Below are positions 16,245-24,976 of a DNA stretch of 32,000 nucleotides, in pieces. Position numbers and translations under genes: made by a program. The notes below the pieces were generated by a model. It ran no database searches. It was not told the DNA's origin and saw only the letters and a program-made list of their open reading frames with translations. Position 1 is the first letter of the stretch, and each line of letters starts with the position of its first letter. Source of the DNA: Lachnospiraceae bacterium (GTDB lineage Bacteria; Bacillota; Clostridia; Lachnospirales; Lachnospiraceae). Where the stretch lies: assembly GCA_031548165.1 (NCBI GenBank), contig JAVBRI010000001.1, positions 53,150-85,149 of the forward strand, given 5' to 3'.

Positions 16245-18644
16245 ATGAAGAAAGAGAGTAAAAAAACCAAAGGTTTAAAGCTTAATTTGTGGTCTTCTAA
16301 AGTAGAAGAAATAAAAAAAGCAAGTGAACCGCTATACAAAATTCCAGAGAGAACTCAAGACTTGATTGAAATACGTAAGATATCTAAATCGGGTATATTT
16401 GAAGTTGGAAATAATAAATATTCAAAAACATACCGATTTACAGATATTAACTATGAAAGTGAGCCTGATGAGGAGCAGATTGTTAAACTTAATCAATTTT
16501 GTCGATTGTTAGATTCAGTGGGAACGGAATACAAAATTTCTTTATTAAATAGAAAAAGGGATATGTCGAAGTTCAGTAAAGAAATTTTTTATTTATATAA
16601 AGAGGATGAATTTGATCAGTTAAGAGATCTATTTAATACTGAAATTGAGAGAGGACTTTTAGAAGGGAAACAAGAGATAGAACAGATTATGTATATAACT
16701 GTTTCAACAAACAGAAAGGACTTTGAAGAGGCAAAAGCATTTTTTATAAGTCTTGAAGCTTCTATGAGTAAAAAGTTTACAGAGCTTGGTTCACAGCTTA
16801 TTTCTCTTAATGGTAATGAACGCTTGAATCTAATAAGTAGTTTATATCATTTGGGAGATGAATTTGCATTACCAATTAATATGAAAGATTATTTAAAAAA
16901 CTATAATGACTTTACAAATGATATTGCAAGTTCAAACTTTAAATATGAAAACACGGATACATTAACAATGAATGGTAAATATGGACAGCTATTATATATA
17001 TCAAAATACGCAAATAGTGTAGGGGATAGATTCCTTAAATCAATCTGTGATTTGCCTATGTATTCAATGGTATCTATAGACTATATTCCGGTACCCAAAG
17101 ATGTTGGTATAAAATATATTGAAAATAAGCTTATAGGTATTGAAAATAATATAAGTAGTCAGCAAAAAAAACGTAATAAGGTAAACGACTTTTCTTCGGA
17201 TATATCATATAAAACGAGAAGAGAAAAGGAAGAAGTAGAAGATATACTAGATGATATAAATGAAAATGACCAAAATGTATATTTTGTTGGTGTTACCATA
17301 TGTGTTTTTGCGGATAATAAGGAAGAATTATCAAGAAGAGTTGAAACAATAAGGAATGTAGTTTCGGAAGAAAGCTGTAAAGCAGATATATATATATTTA
17401 AAATGAGAGAGGCTTTTAATACGGTACTTCCATTAGGAGTTAGGCAGGTTTCTAACACACGCTTTATGTTAACGAGAGCAGCCGCATCATTATTTCCATT
17501 TAGAGTTCAAGAACTTATAGATACAAGACCAGGAAAACTATGGTATGGAAAAAATCGTATTTCTCAAAACCTTATATTTGCTAATCGTAAAAGATTAACA
17601 AATGGAAATGGTTTTGTATTAGGACCTCCAGGAGTTGGAAAGTCAGTTTCACTAAAGATGGAGATGCTAAGTGCATTTTTAAATACAGATGATGATATTA
17701 TAATCATTGATCCAACATTGGAATATAGAGATATTGTTGATTTGTTAGGTGGTGAGTATATAAATTTTACAAATAGTTCAACAACACACATTAATCCTTT
17801 AAAAGTATCACTGGATAGGCTTGATTATAGCGATATGTATGGAGAGATAGCTAGTATGTCAGAGTTTTTAATAGGTTTGTGTGAAAAAGCACTTAATCTT
17901 CAAAGTATTGATCCTATTACAACAGCAATAATTGACGAGGCGGTTAGAAATTTATTCTTTAGACAGATAAAAGAAAAAATGGAAGAGGTAACATTAGGAG
18001 AATTTATTGAGGAAGTTAAGAAGAATTCAAGACCAGAAGCTGAAAGATTGTATTATGCAATGCGTAGTTTTGTAACAGGTAACTTAAACATATTTTCTCA
18101 TAATCAAAATGTAGATATAAATAATAGAGTATCTTGTTTTGGAATAAGAGATTTAGGTGATGTACTTAGACCTATGGCAATGCTTATTACGATGGTTGGC
18201 ATTAAGAGAAAAGTTATGGAAAATTTTCAAAAAGGCAGGGCAACTTGGATATATGTCGATGAGTTCCATGAGATGTTAGGGTCTACATATACAGAAGAAT
18301 TCTTTTTTAAACTGATAAAAGAAATTCGTAAATTAGGTGGATTAGTAACAAGTGCTACACAAAATATATCTGATACCTTACAAAGCTATAAGGCAAGGAC
18401 AATGATTGATAATAGCGAATATATCTTGCTTTTAAAACAATCAACAGGAGCAATAACTGAAATTCTTGAAACAATCTCTGGAATGAAAGAAACGTATGCA
18501 GAATATCTTACGACTGCTCAACCTGGTCAAGGTATGATGAAATTTGGTTCAACTATATTTCCGGTATCTCTTCAGATTGACACTTCTGGATCCCTTTATA
18601 ATTTATTAAACACAAATATGCACGAAAAATCAGGGGCTATCTAA
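16245..18644 (+). CDS. VirB4-family conjugative ATPase (PrgJ/TraE-like)
   Basis: 799 aa. Walker A 'VLGPPGVGKSV', Walker B 'WIYVDEFHE', and the 'TSATQNISD' motif. Confidence 0.85.
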   Translation: MKKESKKTKGLKLNLWSSKVEEIKKASEPLYKIPERTQDLIEIRKISKSGIFEVGNNKYSKTYRFTDINYESEPDEEQIVKLNQFCRLLDSVGTEYKISLLNRKRDMSKFSKEIFYLYKEDEFDQLRDLFNTEIERGLLEGKQEIEQIMYITVSTNRKDFEEAKAFFISLEASMSKKFTELGSQLISLNGNERLNLISSLYHLGDEFALPINMKDYLKNYNDFTNDIASSNFKYENTDTLTMNGKYGQLLYISKYANSVGDRFLKSICDLPMYSMVSIDYIPVPKDVGIKYIENKLIGIENNISSQQKKRNKVNDFSSDISYKTRREKEEVEDILDDINENDQNVYFVGVTICVFADNKEELSRRVETIRNVVSEESCKADIYIFKMREAFNTVLPLGVRQVSNTRFMLTRAAASLFPFRVQELIDTRPGKLWYGKNRISQNLIFANRKRLTNGNGFVLGPPGVGKSVSLKMEMLSAFLNTDDDIIIIDPTLEYRDIVDLLGGEYINFTNSSTTHINPLKVSLDRLDYSDMYGEIASMSEFLIGLCEKALNLQSIDPITTAIIDEAVRNLFFRQIKEKMEEVTLGEFIEEVKKNSRPEAERLYYAMRSFVTGNLNIFSHNQNVDINNRVSCFGIRDLGDVLRPMAMLITMVGIKRKVMENFQKGRATWIYVDEFHEMLGSTYTEEFFFKLIKEIRKLGGLVTSATQNISDTLQSYKARTMIDNSEYILLLKQSTGAITEILETISGMKETYAEYLTTAQPGQGMMKFGSTIFPVSLQIDTSGSLYNLLNTNMHEKSGAI

Positions 18645-18662
18645 GCGTAAGAGAGGTGCAAT

Positions 18663-20993
18663 ATGGAAGAAAAGATAATAAGTGATTACAATCGAGTAGG
18701 TATTGTACAAGAAAAAAATAAAAGATCAGATAAAAAGGTATCGAAAATAACTATACATGGTAAAAACACAATTAAGCATCAAGCAAAGCGTACAGCAAAT
18801 AAAACTTCAGATTTAGTATTTAATGATAAAAATGATGAAGATATTAATTCAACAGAATTAAAAGCAGGAGTATATATGGGTGTGAATTCTATAAAGGCAG
18901 CGAAGAAATCACTTGTTATGACGAAAAACGGAGGTTTAAAAGTTGTAAGAGGAATAAAAATATTAGATAAAGCAAAAAAAGCAAAAATTGATAAAAATGT
19001 AAAACATTTATTTACAAATGATATTTTTAGAGAAATGTATATTAATAATACTAAAAAGCTGAAGTCTGTTAAATATGATAGTTCTCCACAGATTAGTGAG
19101 TGGAAATTCACTTCATACCCACAATATAACCGCTTTGAAGAAAGAAAAAAGCTTCAAAGATCAACAGCAGCAAAAAAACAGGAAAATACAATAAAGCTAG
19201 CAAAAAAATGTGGCGTGGAATTAGAAAAAGGCAAAATAAAAACAGATGAGATAAAAAATAAAAAAGCTTTTGAAACTGTAAATAAAGATAATACAAAGAA
19301 TAATGCATTTCAATCATCCACCACATCTGACAGAAATGATACTGTTAAGAAGCATAAAAATAAAAAAGATTCAAATGGCAAGATTAGTAATATAAAACAA
19401 TATGCAAAAAGTGCTGCCATTGGAAAGATCACATCAGGAAGTACAAGTGAAAGTACGGTAGCAAGAAAGACAGCATACTATTCTTCTGTTTTGTTAAAAA
19501 AGGCCCTTGTAACAACTATAAATTTAATTATTACCTTAATAGGTGCAGCTGGTGGATTTCTGTTAATACCAGCAATTGTGGTAGTATTAATATTTTCATG
19601 TAAAGATGTTCCACCAATTTGCTGGCTTGTAGGAGATGCATCTTCAGTTAAAGAAATTAATATAACTTATGAGGATAAGATGCATGAATTCGGTATAAAA
19701 ATAGAAGGTCTTGAACCAAATGACAGCTCGATAATAACATATAATATTGATGTGAATCAATTGCGTAAAGATGCACTATTAATATTTCTGGCGGTAAAAG
19801 GGACATCCTATGACTTTTCAGAAATAACAACAGCAGATATGGAATTATACGGAGATATTCTTTCTAAAATGTTGTGCTGCACAAGCAATATAAAATCATT
19901 TAATGAAATATACGACTATAGCCTTATTGGCCAAAGAAAAATCATAAACACGGTAAAGGCAGGATCTGATGCAAGTAATGATGTATATGTACAAAATTCT
20001 TGTAACGTACATGGTGTTACGGCAACTAGGACTGGTTCAAGAGTTATAAAGAATACATGTGAATGGTACTTTATTCCTTGTGAAGTTAGCCAATATAGTT
20101 CGTTACCTATAGGTATATGTTTACAAATGACAGACAGCCTAGGAAACAATTATGTTTTTATGGTTGTTGCAAAGAATGAACATTCAGAAAATACAGAAAA
20201 TGACTATATTTATATTTGCGGTGATTTTAGAGAAGAAAATGATACTAATATAAAAACAATTGCTTATGGTGATTTATATTACTTTTCTAAAAGTCGTTTA
20301 CACAATTATAATTTAGATGATGTCACATATGCAGGCATTCTTGACTATATCAATGAAGAAAGGAATTTTGTTTATAGGACACCTACGTCACTTATAAAGG
20401 AATTCAATATTAATAAAGTAGATGTTGAGGAGATATTTGGAGATTACTATAACATAACTGAAGAAGAATTTGTTGAAAGTAAAATATATATTCCAATAAA
20501 AGAGATATTTATCTACCAAGAAGATCTAACGATGTATAGTAAATTTTATCTTAATGATAAAGAAAAGAAAAAACTTGAAGAGCTTATATTGTGTAGGCAA
20601 GAAAATGAAGACATATATAACAACTATGTTGAGCGATTGATAGGAAATATAAACACTCAGAGCATAACCAATGAACTTATTAATGCAGAGAACAAAGAAG
20701 TAACAAGTATCGAACAATTTATATCGGATACCTATATAAAAAATGGAATATATTTACCTGCTAAAGCAAGTATTATGGCAAAATTTGTTGATGATAATAA
20801 AATGACTATTGACAAAAAAAATGTACAAAATGGAGATTTACTGTTTTATACAACAGATATGGGGACATATAAAGATATAAATCATGTTGCAATAAAAGTT
20901 TCAGGCGGATATTTAATTGAAGAAAATGGGATACTTAAGGTTAGAAAGCAATTATACGACTCGATTGTTATGTATGGAAGAATAAAGATTTAA
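18663..20993 (+). CDS. Large membrane-anchored conjugation protein with a C-terminal NlpC/P60-like (possibly inactive) domain
   Basis: Basic N-terminus and a single TM ('LVTTINLIITLIGAAGGFLLIPAIVVVLIF'). The C-terminus 'IYLPAKAS...NVQNGDLLFYTT...INHVAIKVSGGYLIEENG' follows the NlpC/P60 pattern. The usual 'DCSG' Cys position reads 'SIEQ'. Confidence 0.55.
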   Translation: MEEKIISDYNRVGIVQEKNKRSDKKVSKITIHGKNTIKHQAKRTANKTSDLVFNDKNDEDINSTELKAGVYMGVNSIKAAKKSLVMTKNGGLKVVRGIKILDKAKKAKIDKNVKHLFTNDIFREMYINNTKKLKSVKYDSSPQISEWKFTSYPQYNRFEERKKLQRSTAAKKQENTIKLAKKCGVELEKGKIKTDEIKNKKAFETVNKDNTKNNAFQSSTTSDRNDTVKKHKNKKDSNGKISNIKQYAKSAAIGKITSGSTSESTVARKTAYYSSVLLKKALVTTINLIITLIGAAGGFLLIPAIVVVLIFSCKDVPPICWLVGDASSVKEINITYEDKMHEFGIKIEGLEPNDSSIITYNIDVNQLRKDALLIFLAVKGTSYDFSEITTADMELYGDILSKMLCCTSNIKSFNEIYDYSLIGQRKIINTVKAGSDASNDVYVQNSCNVHGVTATRTGSRVIKNTCEWYFIPCEVSQYSSLPIGICLQMTDSLGNNYVFMVVAKNEHSENTENDYIYICGDFREENDTNIKTIAYGDLYYFSKSRLHNYNLDDVTYAGILDYINEERNFVYRTPTSLIKEFNINKVDVEEIFGDYYNITEEEFVESKIYIPIKEIFIYQEDLTMYSKFYLNDKEKKKLEELILCRQENEDIYNNYVERLIGNINTQSITNELINAENKEVTSIEQFISDTYIKNGIYLPAKASIMAKFVDDNKMTIDKKNVQNGDLLFYTTDMGTYKDINHVAIKVSGGYLIEENGILKVRKQLYDSIVMYGRIKI

Positions 20994-21004
20994 AAAGGAG
21001 ACTT

Positions 21005-21358
21005 ATGAATTTAAGAGATTTCTTGATAAATAAGGATAAAAGTATATTAAATGAAAGTAGTTTGAAGGAATATATTTCATTGGCACTAGGAAATGGTGAT
21101 TTGCAACAGATAGTTGTAATGATTGGATATATGAAAGGATTAAAAGACTTAAACCTTTTTGGGGCATATACATATTTAGCAACTAATTTTCATTTTGAAA
21201 GAAGTGCCCTTTTATTTCCAGAAGAGATTAAATGCAGACTTTGTGAACTTGGATATAATAAGAATTTCTATTTGGGGTATTCAAGAGCTTTATACGACTG
21301 TTCTCATATAAATATAAAAGAATATGCGTATATAATTCCTTACAAAATTTTAGATTAA
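21005..21358 (+). CDS. Hypothetical protein
   Basis: 117-aa ORF with an AAGGAG RBS. No recognisable motif. Confidence 0.4.
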   Translation: MNLRDFLINKDKSILNESSLKEYISLALGNGDLQQIVVMIGYMKGLKDLNLFGAYTYLATNFHFERSALLFPEEIKCRLCELGYNKNFYLGYSRALYDCSHINIKEYAYIIPYKILD

Positions 21359-21370
21359 GTGGAGGTTAGG

Positions 21371-22243
21371 ATGGCAACATATACAGATATGTTAAAAAAT
21401 ATATATGAATATGAGTTGGTGAATGGAGTTTCTGAAGATGATAGGCATGTTGTATATATTCCAGCAATAGGAATATATAAACCTGTAAATATGAGTAATG
21501 AGGAAGTGAAAAAAATATATGCATCAATTTCATTAGAAGTTAAACACACAGAAACTGAAGCTATAGAAGAAAGTAATATGGATGAGGATGAGATAGATAA
21601 TGATAATATAATAGAAGTTACTTCATTAAGTTTACAAGATAGTAAGATTATAGTCGCAAAGAAATTTAGTAAAGAAAAAATGGATATTGCAACATTTGCG
21701 TGTAAAAATATTAAAAATGCGGTAACGAGTTATCTATCAATTAGAACAAATAAGGCAATTGGATATAAAGTAAATGATAATATGTTCTTTTTAATGGAAA
21801 AGCAAAAAAATGACGAGTTTTCTGTTTATATGAATGATGTTGTTTTAGAAGAAGATTTTTATTACAATTACTACAAAGAATCTCTTTGCGAGTTGGTAAC
21901 ATCAATGGAGCAAGAAAGAGCAAGACAAATAGCAGATGAAAAAGCGGCTAAGGAAAGAGAAAAAGAATTATGTATAAATCCATCTTTTTTAAAAGAGTTT
22001 AATAAACAATTAAAAAAGCAAAAAAATATATGTATAAAAGGTGAGAATTTTAAGGCATTTGATTTTCGTACAATTAATTTATGTGATATAGTTTTTGTAG
22101 ATTGCGATTTTTCATATGCAAACTTTACAGATCTAAATATATGTGATACGATTTTTATCAGATGTACAATGATTGATTTGATAGAAGACGGAACAAAGTA
22201 TGAGAATGTAGAAAAATTGAAATGTAAATACATCTCAGAATAG
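21371..22243 (+). CDS. Protein with a C-terminal pentapeptide-repeat segment
   Basis: The ATG at 21371 follows GGAGG (21361-21365). Nine consecutive pentads match x-[D/N]-[L/F]-x-x: ENFKA FDFRT INLCD IVFVD CDFSY ANFTD LNICD TIFIR CTMID (about nt 22043-22177). Confidence 0.55.
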   Translation: MATYTDMLKNIYEYELVNGVSEDDRHVVYIPAIGIYKPVNMSNEEVKKIYASISLEVKHTETEAIEESNMDEDEIDNDNIIEVTSLSLQDSKIIVAKKFSKEKMDIATFACKNIKNAVTSYLSIRTNKAIGYKVNDNMFFLMEKQKNDEFSVYMNDVVLEEDFYYNYYKESLCELVTSMEQERARQIADEKAAKEREKELCINPSFLKEFNKQLKKQKNICIKGENFKAFDFRTINLCDIVFVDCDFSYANFTDLNICDTIFIRCTMIDLIEDGTKYENVEKLKCKYISE

Positions 22244-22254
22244 GAGGGAAAGTT

Positions 22255-23022
22255 ATGTTTGTAGGACAGGGTTATACGTATCCAGAGGATCAAAAGGAAG
22301 GCTTAATTTATATTGAAGATTACGATAATAACAAGATAAGTAAACTAGTTGCTCTGCATCCAATCGAAACAGCAGCAGCTGCAGCATCATTACTAAAGTT
22401 TACTATAATGGATGATGTAGACCATGAAATGCTGCTTCTTCTGGGTGTTGATGAAAATGATAAGCCAGTTGAAGTTAAAATGATATCAAGAGGTAGTGCT
22501 CATCAATGTTTTGTGTTGGACAACTCAAAACTTGCAGAATATATGTGTGTAAGTAAGTGTAGAAAGTTTATCCTGGTACACAATCATCTATCAGGAGATT
22601 TGACACCAAGTTCAGAAGATATTCGTTCGGCAGGTACTTTGGTTCAACTAGCAGCACTTATTAATAAAGAGCTTTTAGACAGTATAATTATAAGTGTAAG
22701 ACGAAATAGGTTTTATTCTCTTAGAGACGAAAAGTTATATGGCATTTTAGAAGATAAATTTTTAGTATCTTTACAAACCCTTGTAACAGCACAGGAAAAG
22801 GGTATAACAGAAATGATATGGTTAGGAGAAAAAATTGATATAGGAAAAGGTACATTTGAAATATCAAAAAAAGAAACAAAAGTGCTGGAAGATGTTCTTA
22901 CACGTGCAGATAAAGCAGCTGGAATAATGTATGAAGAAGATAAGGAAGAAATGAATAAAGAAGATGTAGATAAAAGCACTGTGATTCCATTTGATAGATT
23001 GAAAAACTTTTTAAAGAAATAA
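22255..23022 (+). CDS. radC: RadC-like JAB/MPN domain protein (DUF2466)
   Basis: JAMM-type motif 'LVHNHLSGDLTPSSEDI' (HNHPSG...PS..D). This family is common on conjugative elements. Confidence 0.8.
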   Translation: MFVGQGYTYPEDQKEGLIYIEDYDNNKISKLVALHPIETAAAAASLLKFTIMDDVDHEMLLLLGVDENDKPVEVKMISRGSAHQCFVLDNSKLAEYMCVSKCRKFILVHNHLSGDLTPSSEDIRSAGTLVQLAALINKELLDSIIISVRRNRFYSLRDEKLYGILEDKFLVSLQTLVTAQEKGITEMIWLGEKIDIGKGTFEISKKETKVLEDVLTRADKAAGIMYEEDKEEMNKEDVDKSTVIPFDRLKNFLKK

Positions 23023-23031
23023 TTAGTAAAG

Positions 23032-23065
23032 GAGCTTCTCATAAGCTAGAGAAGTTCTTTTTTTT
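23032..23065 (+). terminator. Rho-independent terminator ending the transfer operon
   Basis: Stem GAGCTTCTC / GAGAAGTTC (one G-T wobble), 8-nt loop, then an 8-T run. Confidence 0.7.
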
Positions 23066-23085
23066 GTACCAAACTAAATTTAGTA

Positions 23086-23114
23086 TTGACAAAAATATAT
23101 TATTAAATTACTAT
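23086..23114 (+). promoter_or_regulatory. SigA-type promoter for the regulator genes
   Basis: TTGACA (23086-23091), a 17-nt spacer, then TACTAT (23109-23114). It lies about 40 nt upstream of the XRE gene. Confidence 0.5.
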
Positions 23115-23153
23115 ATAAATATATAGTAGATAGTTAAGCAAAGGAGAAGATAT

Positions 23154-23360
23154 ATGACAAGATTAACAAACCTAAGAGAATTAACAGGCTTAACACAAAC
23201 AGAGTTTGCAAAGATTATTGATATATCAGTAACGACTTTGGCAAAGCTAGAAGTATCTGCGAATGATATTAAAGCTTTACGCTTTATAACAGCATTAAAA
23301 ATATCTATAGTTTTAAATATAAGTGTGGAAGATGTGCTTTTACTTCAGGAGGAAATGTAA
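23154..23360 (+). CDS. XRE-family helix-turn-helix transcriptional regulator
   Basis: 'LRELTGLTQTEFAKIIDISVTTLAKLE' is a classic Cro/C1 HTH. 68 aa. Confidence 0.75.
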   Translation: MTRLTNLRELTGLTQTEFAKIIDISVTTLAKLEVSANDIKALRFITALKISIVLNISVEDVLLLQEEM

Positions 23361-23362
23361 TT

Positions 23363-23779
23363 ATGGCAATGAAAAATAATGATGTAAGAGCCAAAGATGA
23401 GATATTTCATTCTTTTAACGGTAGAAAAGGATTTATTTCAAAAACTGGCAAACCAGTAAGTAAAAAGAGGTTAGCAGAGAAGCTTGGTGTATCAGAGCTT
23501 AAGTTACAACAGTTACAACCAACATGTACTAATCGTACATCTTTCGACAAATGGTCATTAATAGATACTTGCAATATGTCAGAGTTATTAGGTTATAGTG
23601 TAGAAGAAATGATATGTCAAGAAGATTTGCAACGGCTAAGAAAAGAGGTATTGAATAAAAAAAGAGAAGTTGCAAGAGTAGTACTAGATGAGATAGAAAT
23701 TGATGAAAAAAGGACACGTAATACTGAAGAAAGAATAAATAACTTAAAAGAAACAATAAAGAGTACTGATTCAATTTAA
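23363..23779 (+). CDS. Hypothetical protein with a possible HTH ('KKRLAEKLGVSELKLQQL')
   Basis: 138-aa ORF with an RBS (AGGAGG) inside the end of the preceding gene. The HTH assignment is weak. Confidence 0.4.
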   Translation: MAMKNNDVRAKDEIFHSFNGRKGFISKTGKPVSKKRLAEKLGVSELKLQQLQPTCTNRTSFDKWSLIDTCNMSELLGYSVEEMICQEDLQRLRKEVLNKKREVARVVLDEIEIDEKRTRNTEERINNLKETIKSTDSI

Positions 23780-23780
23780 A

Positions 23781-23797
23781 TCCCTCGTGTCGAGGGA
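23781..23797 (+). repeat. Hairpin family copy C (TCCCTCG-TGT-CGAGGGA), no T-tract
   Basis: Same 7-bp stem as copies A, B, E and G but not followed by a U-run, so it is unlikely to act purely as an intrinsic terminator. Confidence 0.7.
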
Positions 23798-23804
23798 ATG
23801 ATTC

Positions 23805-23856
23805 AAAAAACAGAGAGTAAAAGTTTATTTAAATTAACTTTTATTTTCTGTTTTTT
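23805..23856 (+). promoter_or_regulatory. 52-bp near-perfect palindrome upstream of the RHH-parA-parB genes (candidate operator or centromere-like site)
   Basis: The arms AAAAAACAGAGAGTAAAAGTT (23805-23825) and AACTTTTATTTTCTGTTTTTT (23836-23856) match at 18 of 21 positions around TATTTAAATT. Confidence 0.4.
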
Positions 23857-23886
23857 ATTATATAAAAAATGAAGGAGGATAGGTAT

Positions 23887-24075
23887 ATGGATAATAGAAA
23901 TATAACGGTGTCTTGGCTTTTAAAATATGAAAATGTTCCAGATAGAGAATTTATTGAAATATTAGAAAAGCATAAAGAATATGGATTTACGACTCGGACA
24001 AAATTAATAGCGGCTGCATTAAAAGAATATCGAGACAATCATAAAAAGACAACAGAAGATTTTAGCTTATTTTAA
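23887..24075 (+). CDS. Small RHH/CopG-like protein upstream of parA (possible partition or copy-number regulator)
   Basis: The ATG at 23887 follows AAGGAGGA (23871-23878). 62 aa. 'TRTKLIAAALKEYRDNH' resembles the second helix of RHH repressors. The assignment is weak. Confidence 0.4.
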   Translation: MDNRNITVSWLLKYENVPDREFIEILEKHKEYGFTTRTKLIAAALKEYRDNHKKTTEDFSLF

Positions 24076-24102
24076 GATAATATAACTACTACTATATAAA
24101 AC

Positions 24103-24117
24103 CCCTCGTGCCGAGGG
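24103..24117 (+). repeat. Hairpin family copy D (CCCTCG-TGC-CGAGGG), no T-tract
   Basis: It sits 21 nt upstream of the parA start and is followed by AAAATGAAGAGGAG (the RBS). The start at 24108 in the ORF track would translate the hairpin. Confidence 0.65.
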
Positions 24118-24137
24118 AAAATGAAGAGGAGAAAAAC

Positions 24138-24932
24138 ATGAGGATACCAAGTATAGCATTTTTCAATGGTAAAGGTGGATGCGGAAAAACAACTGGACTA
24201 ATAAATATTGCAGGCGTTTTGGCAAATTCAGGTGAAAAGGTATTGGTTATTGACCTAGATAAACAACGAAATAGTACAGATACTTTTCTTCAATCCAATC
24301 AATCTGAATATGAGGATGGTAAAAGTAAAACATTGTATGATGTATTTTGTAAAAAAGCAAAAATTCAAGAGATTGTAAAAAAGGCTTATTTTGTAGGACT
24401 GAGGCAGAAAAAAGAACACTATTACAATATCGATGTCCTACCAGCAGATGTAAAGTTTCAAAATGAAAATAAGTTGAAATCATTAAAAGTAGATATTAAG
24501 AATGAACTGGAAGAATTTGTAGAAGAACAAGGCTATACATATATTCTGATAGATATGCCTCCATCAAATGAAATAATAAATCAAATATGCTTTTCGCAAA
24601 TAGCAAATAACGTAATTGTTCCATTTAGTCCAGACATCTTTAGTGTTACTGGTTATGGTGACTTGATGGAAATAATAAATGATGCACGAGAGATAAATGA
24701 AAATCTACGTATCATAGGAATTTATATATCTAGGTATAGAAATAGAAATGACAATATAAGAAAAGCTTTAGAGAATTTCGGAAGTATGTTTATTAATGAA
24801 GTACAGATTCCTTTTTCAGCACAAATTGAAGATACAATCTTGGAAGGACGTCCTATTAGTTATTTAAAAAGTAAAGGAAAGAGTAGAGAGGCATTTGAGA
24901 ATCTTGTTGTTGAAATCAAAAAAAGAATTTAA
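24138..24932 (+). CDS. parA: ParA/Soj-family partition ATPase
   Basis: Deviant Walker A 'FFNGKGGCGKTT' and 'ILIDMPPS'. RBS GAGGAG. Confidence 0.85.
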   Translation: MRIPSIAFFNGKGGCGKTTGLINIAGVLANSGEKVLVIDLDKQRNSTDTFLQSNQSEYEDGKSKTLYDVFCKKAKIQEIVKKAYFVGLRQKKEHYYNIDVLPADVKFQNENKLKSLKVDIKNELEEFVEEQGYTYILIDMPPSNEIINQICFSQIANNVIVPFSPDIFSVTGYGDLMEIINDAREINENLRIIGIYISRYRNRNDNIRKALENFGSMFINEVQIPFSAQIEDTILEGRPISYLKSKGKSREAFENLVVEIKKRI

Positions 24933-24976
24933 GACGAAGTGTAATGAAAATAGACAAAGAATAGGAGAATAAGACA

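Noticed and set aside
23798-23886. The 52-bp AT-rich palindrome as a rho-independent terminator for the 23363 gene.
   Set aside because: This is possible but weak. The stem is almost entirely A-T and has three mismatches, and the region is immediately followed by the RBS of the next gene. It is kept as a candidate operator or centromere site at low confidence instead.
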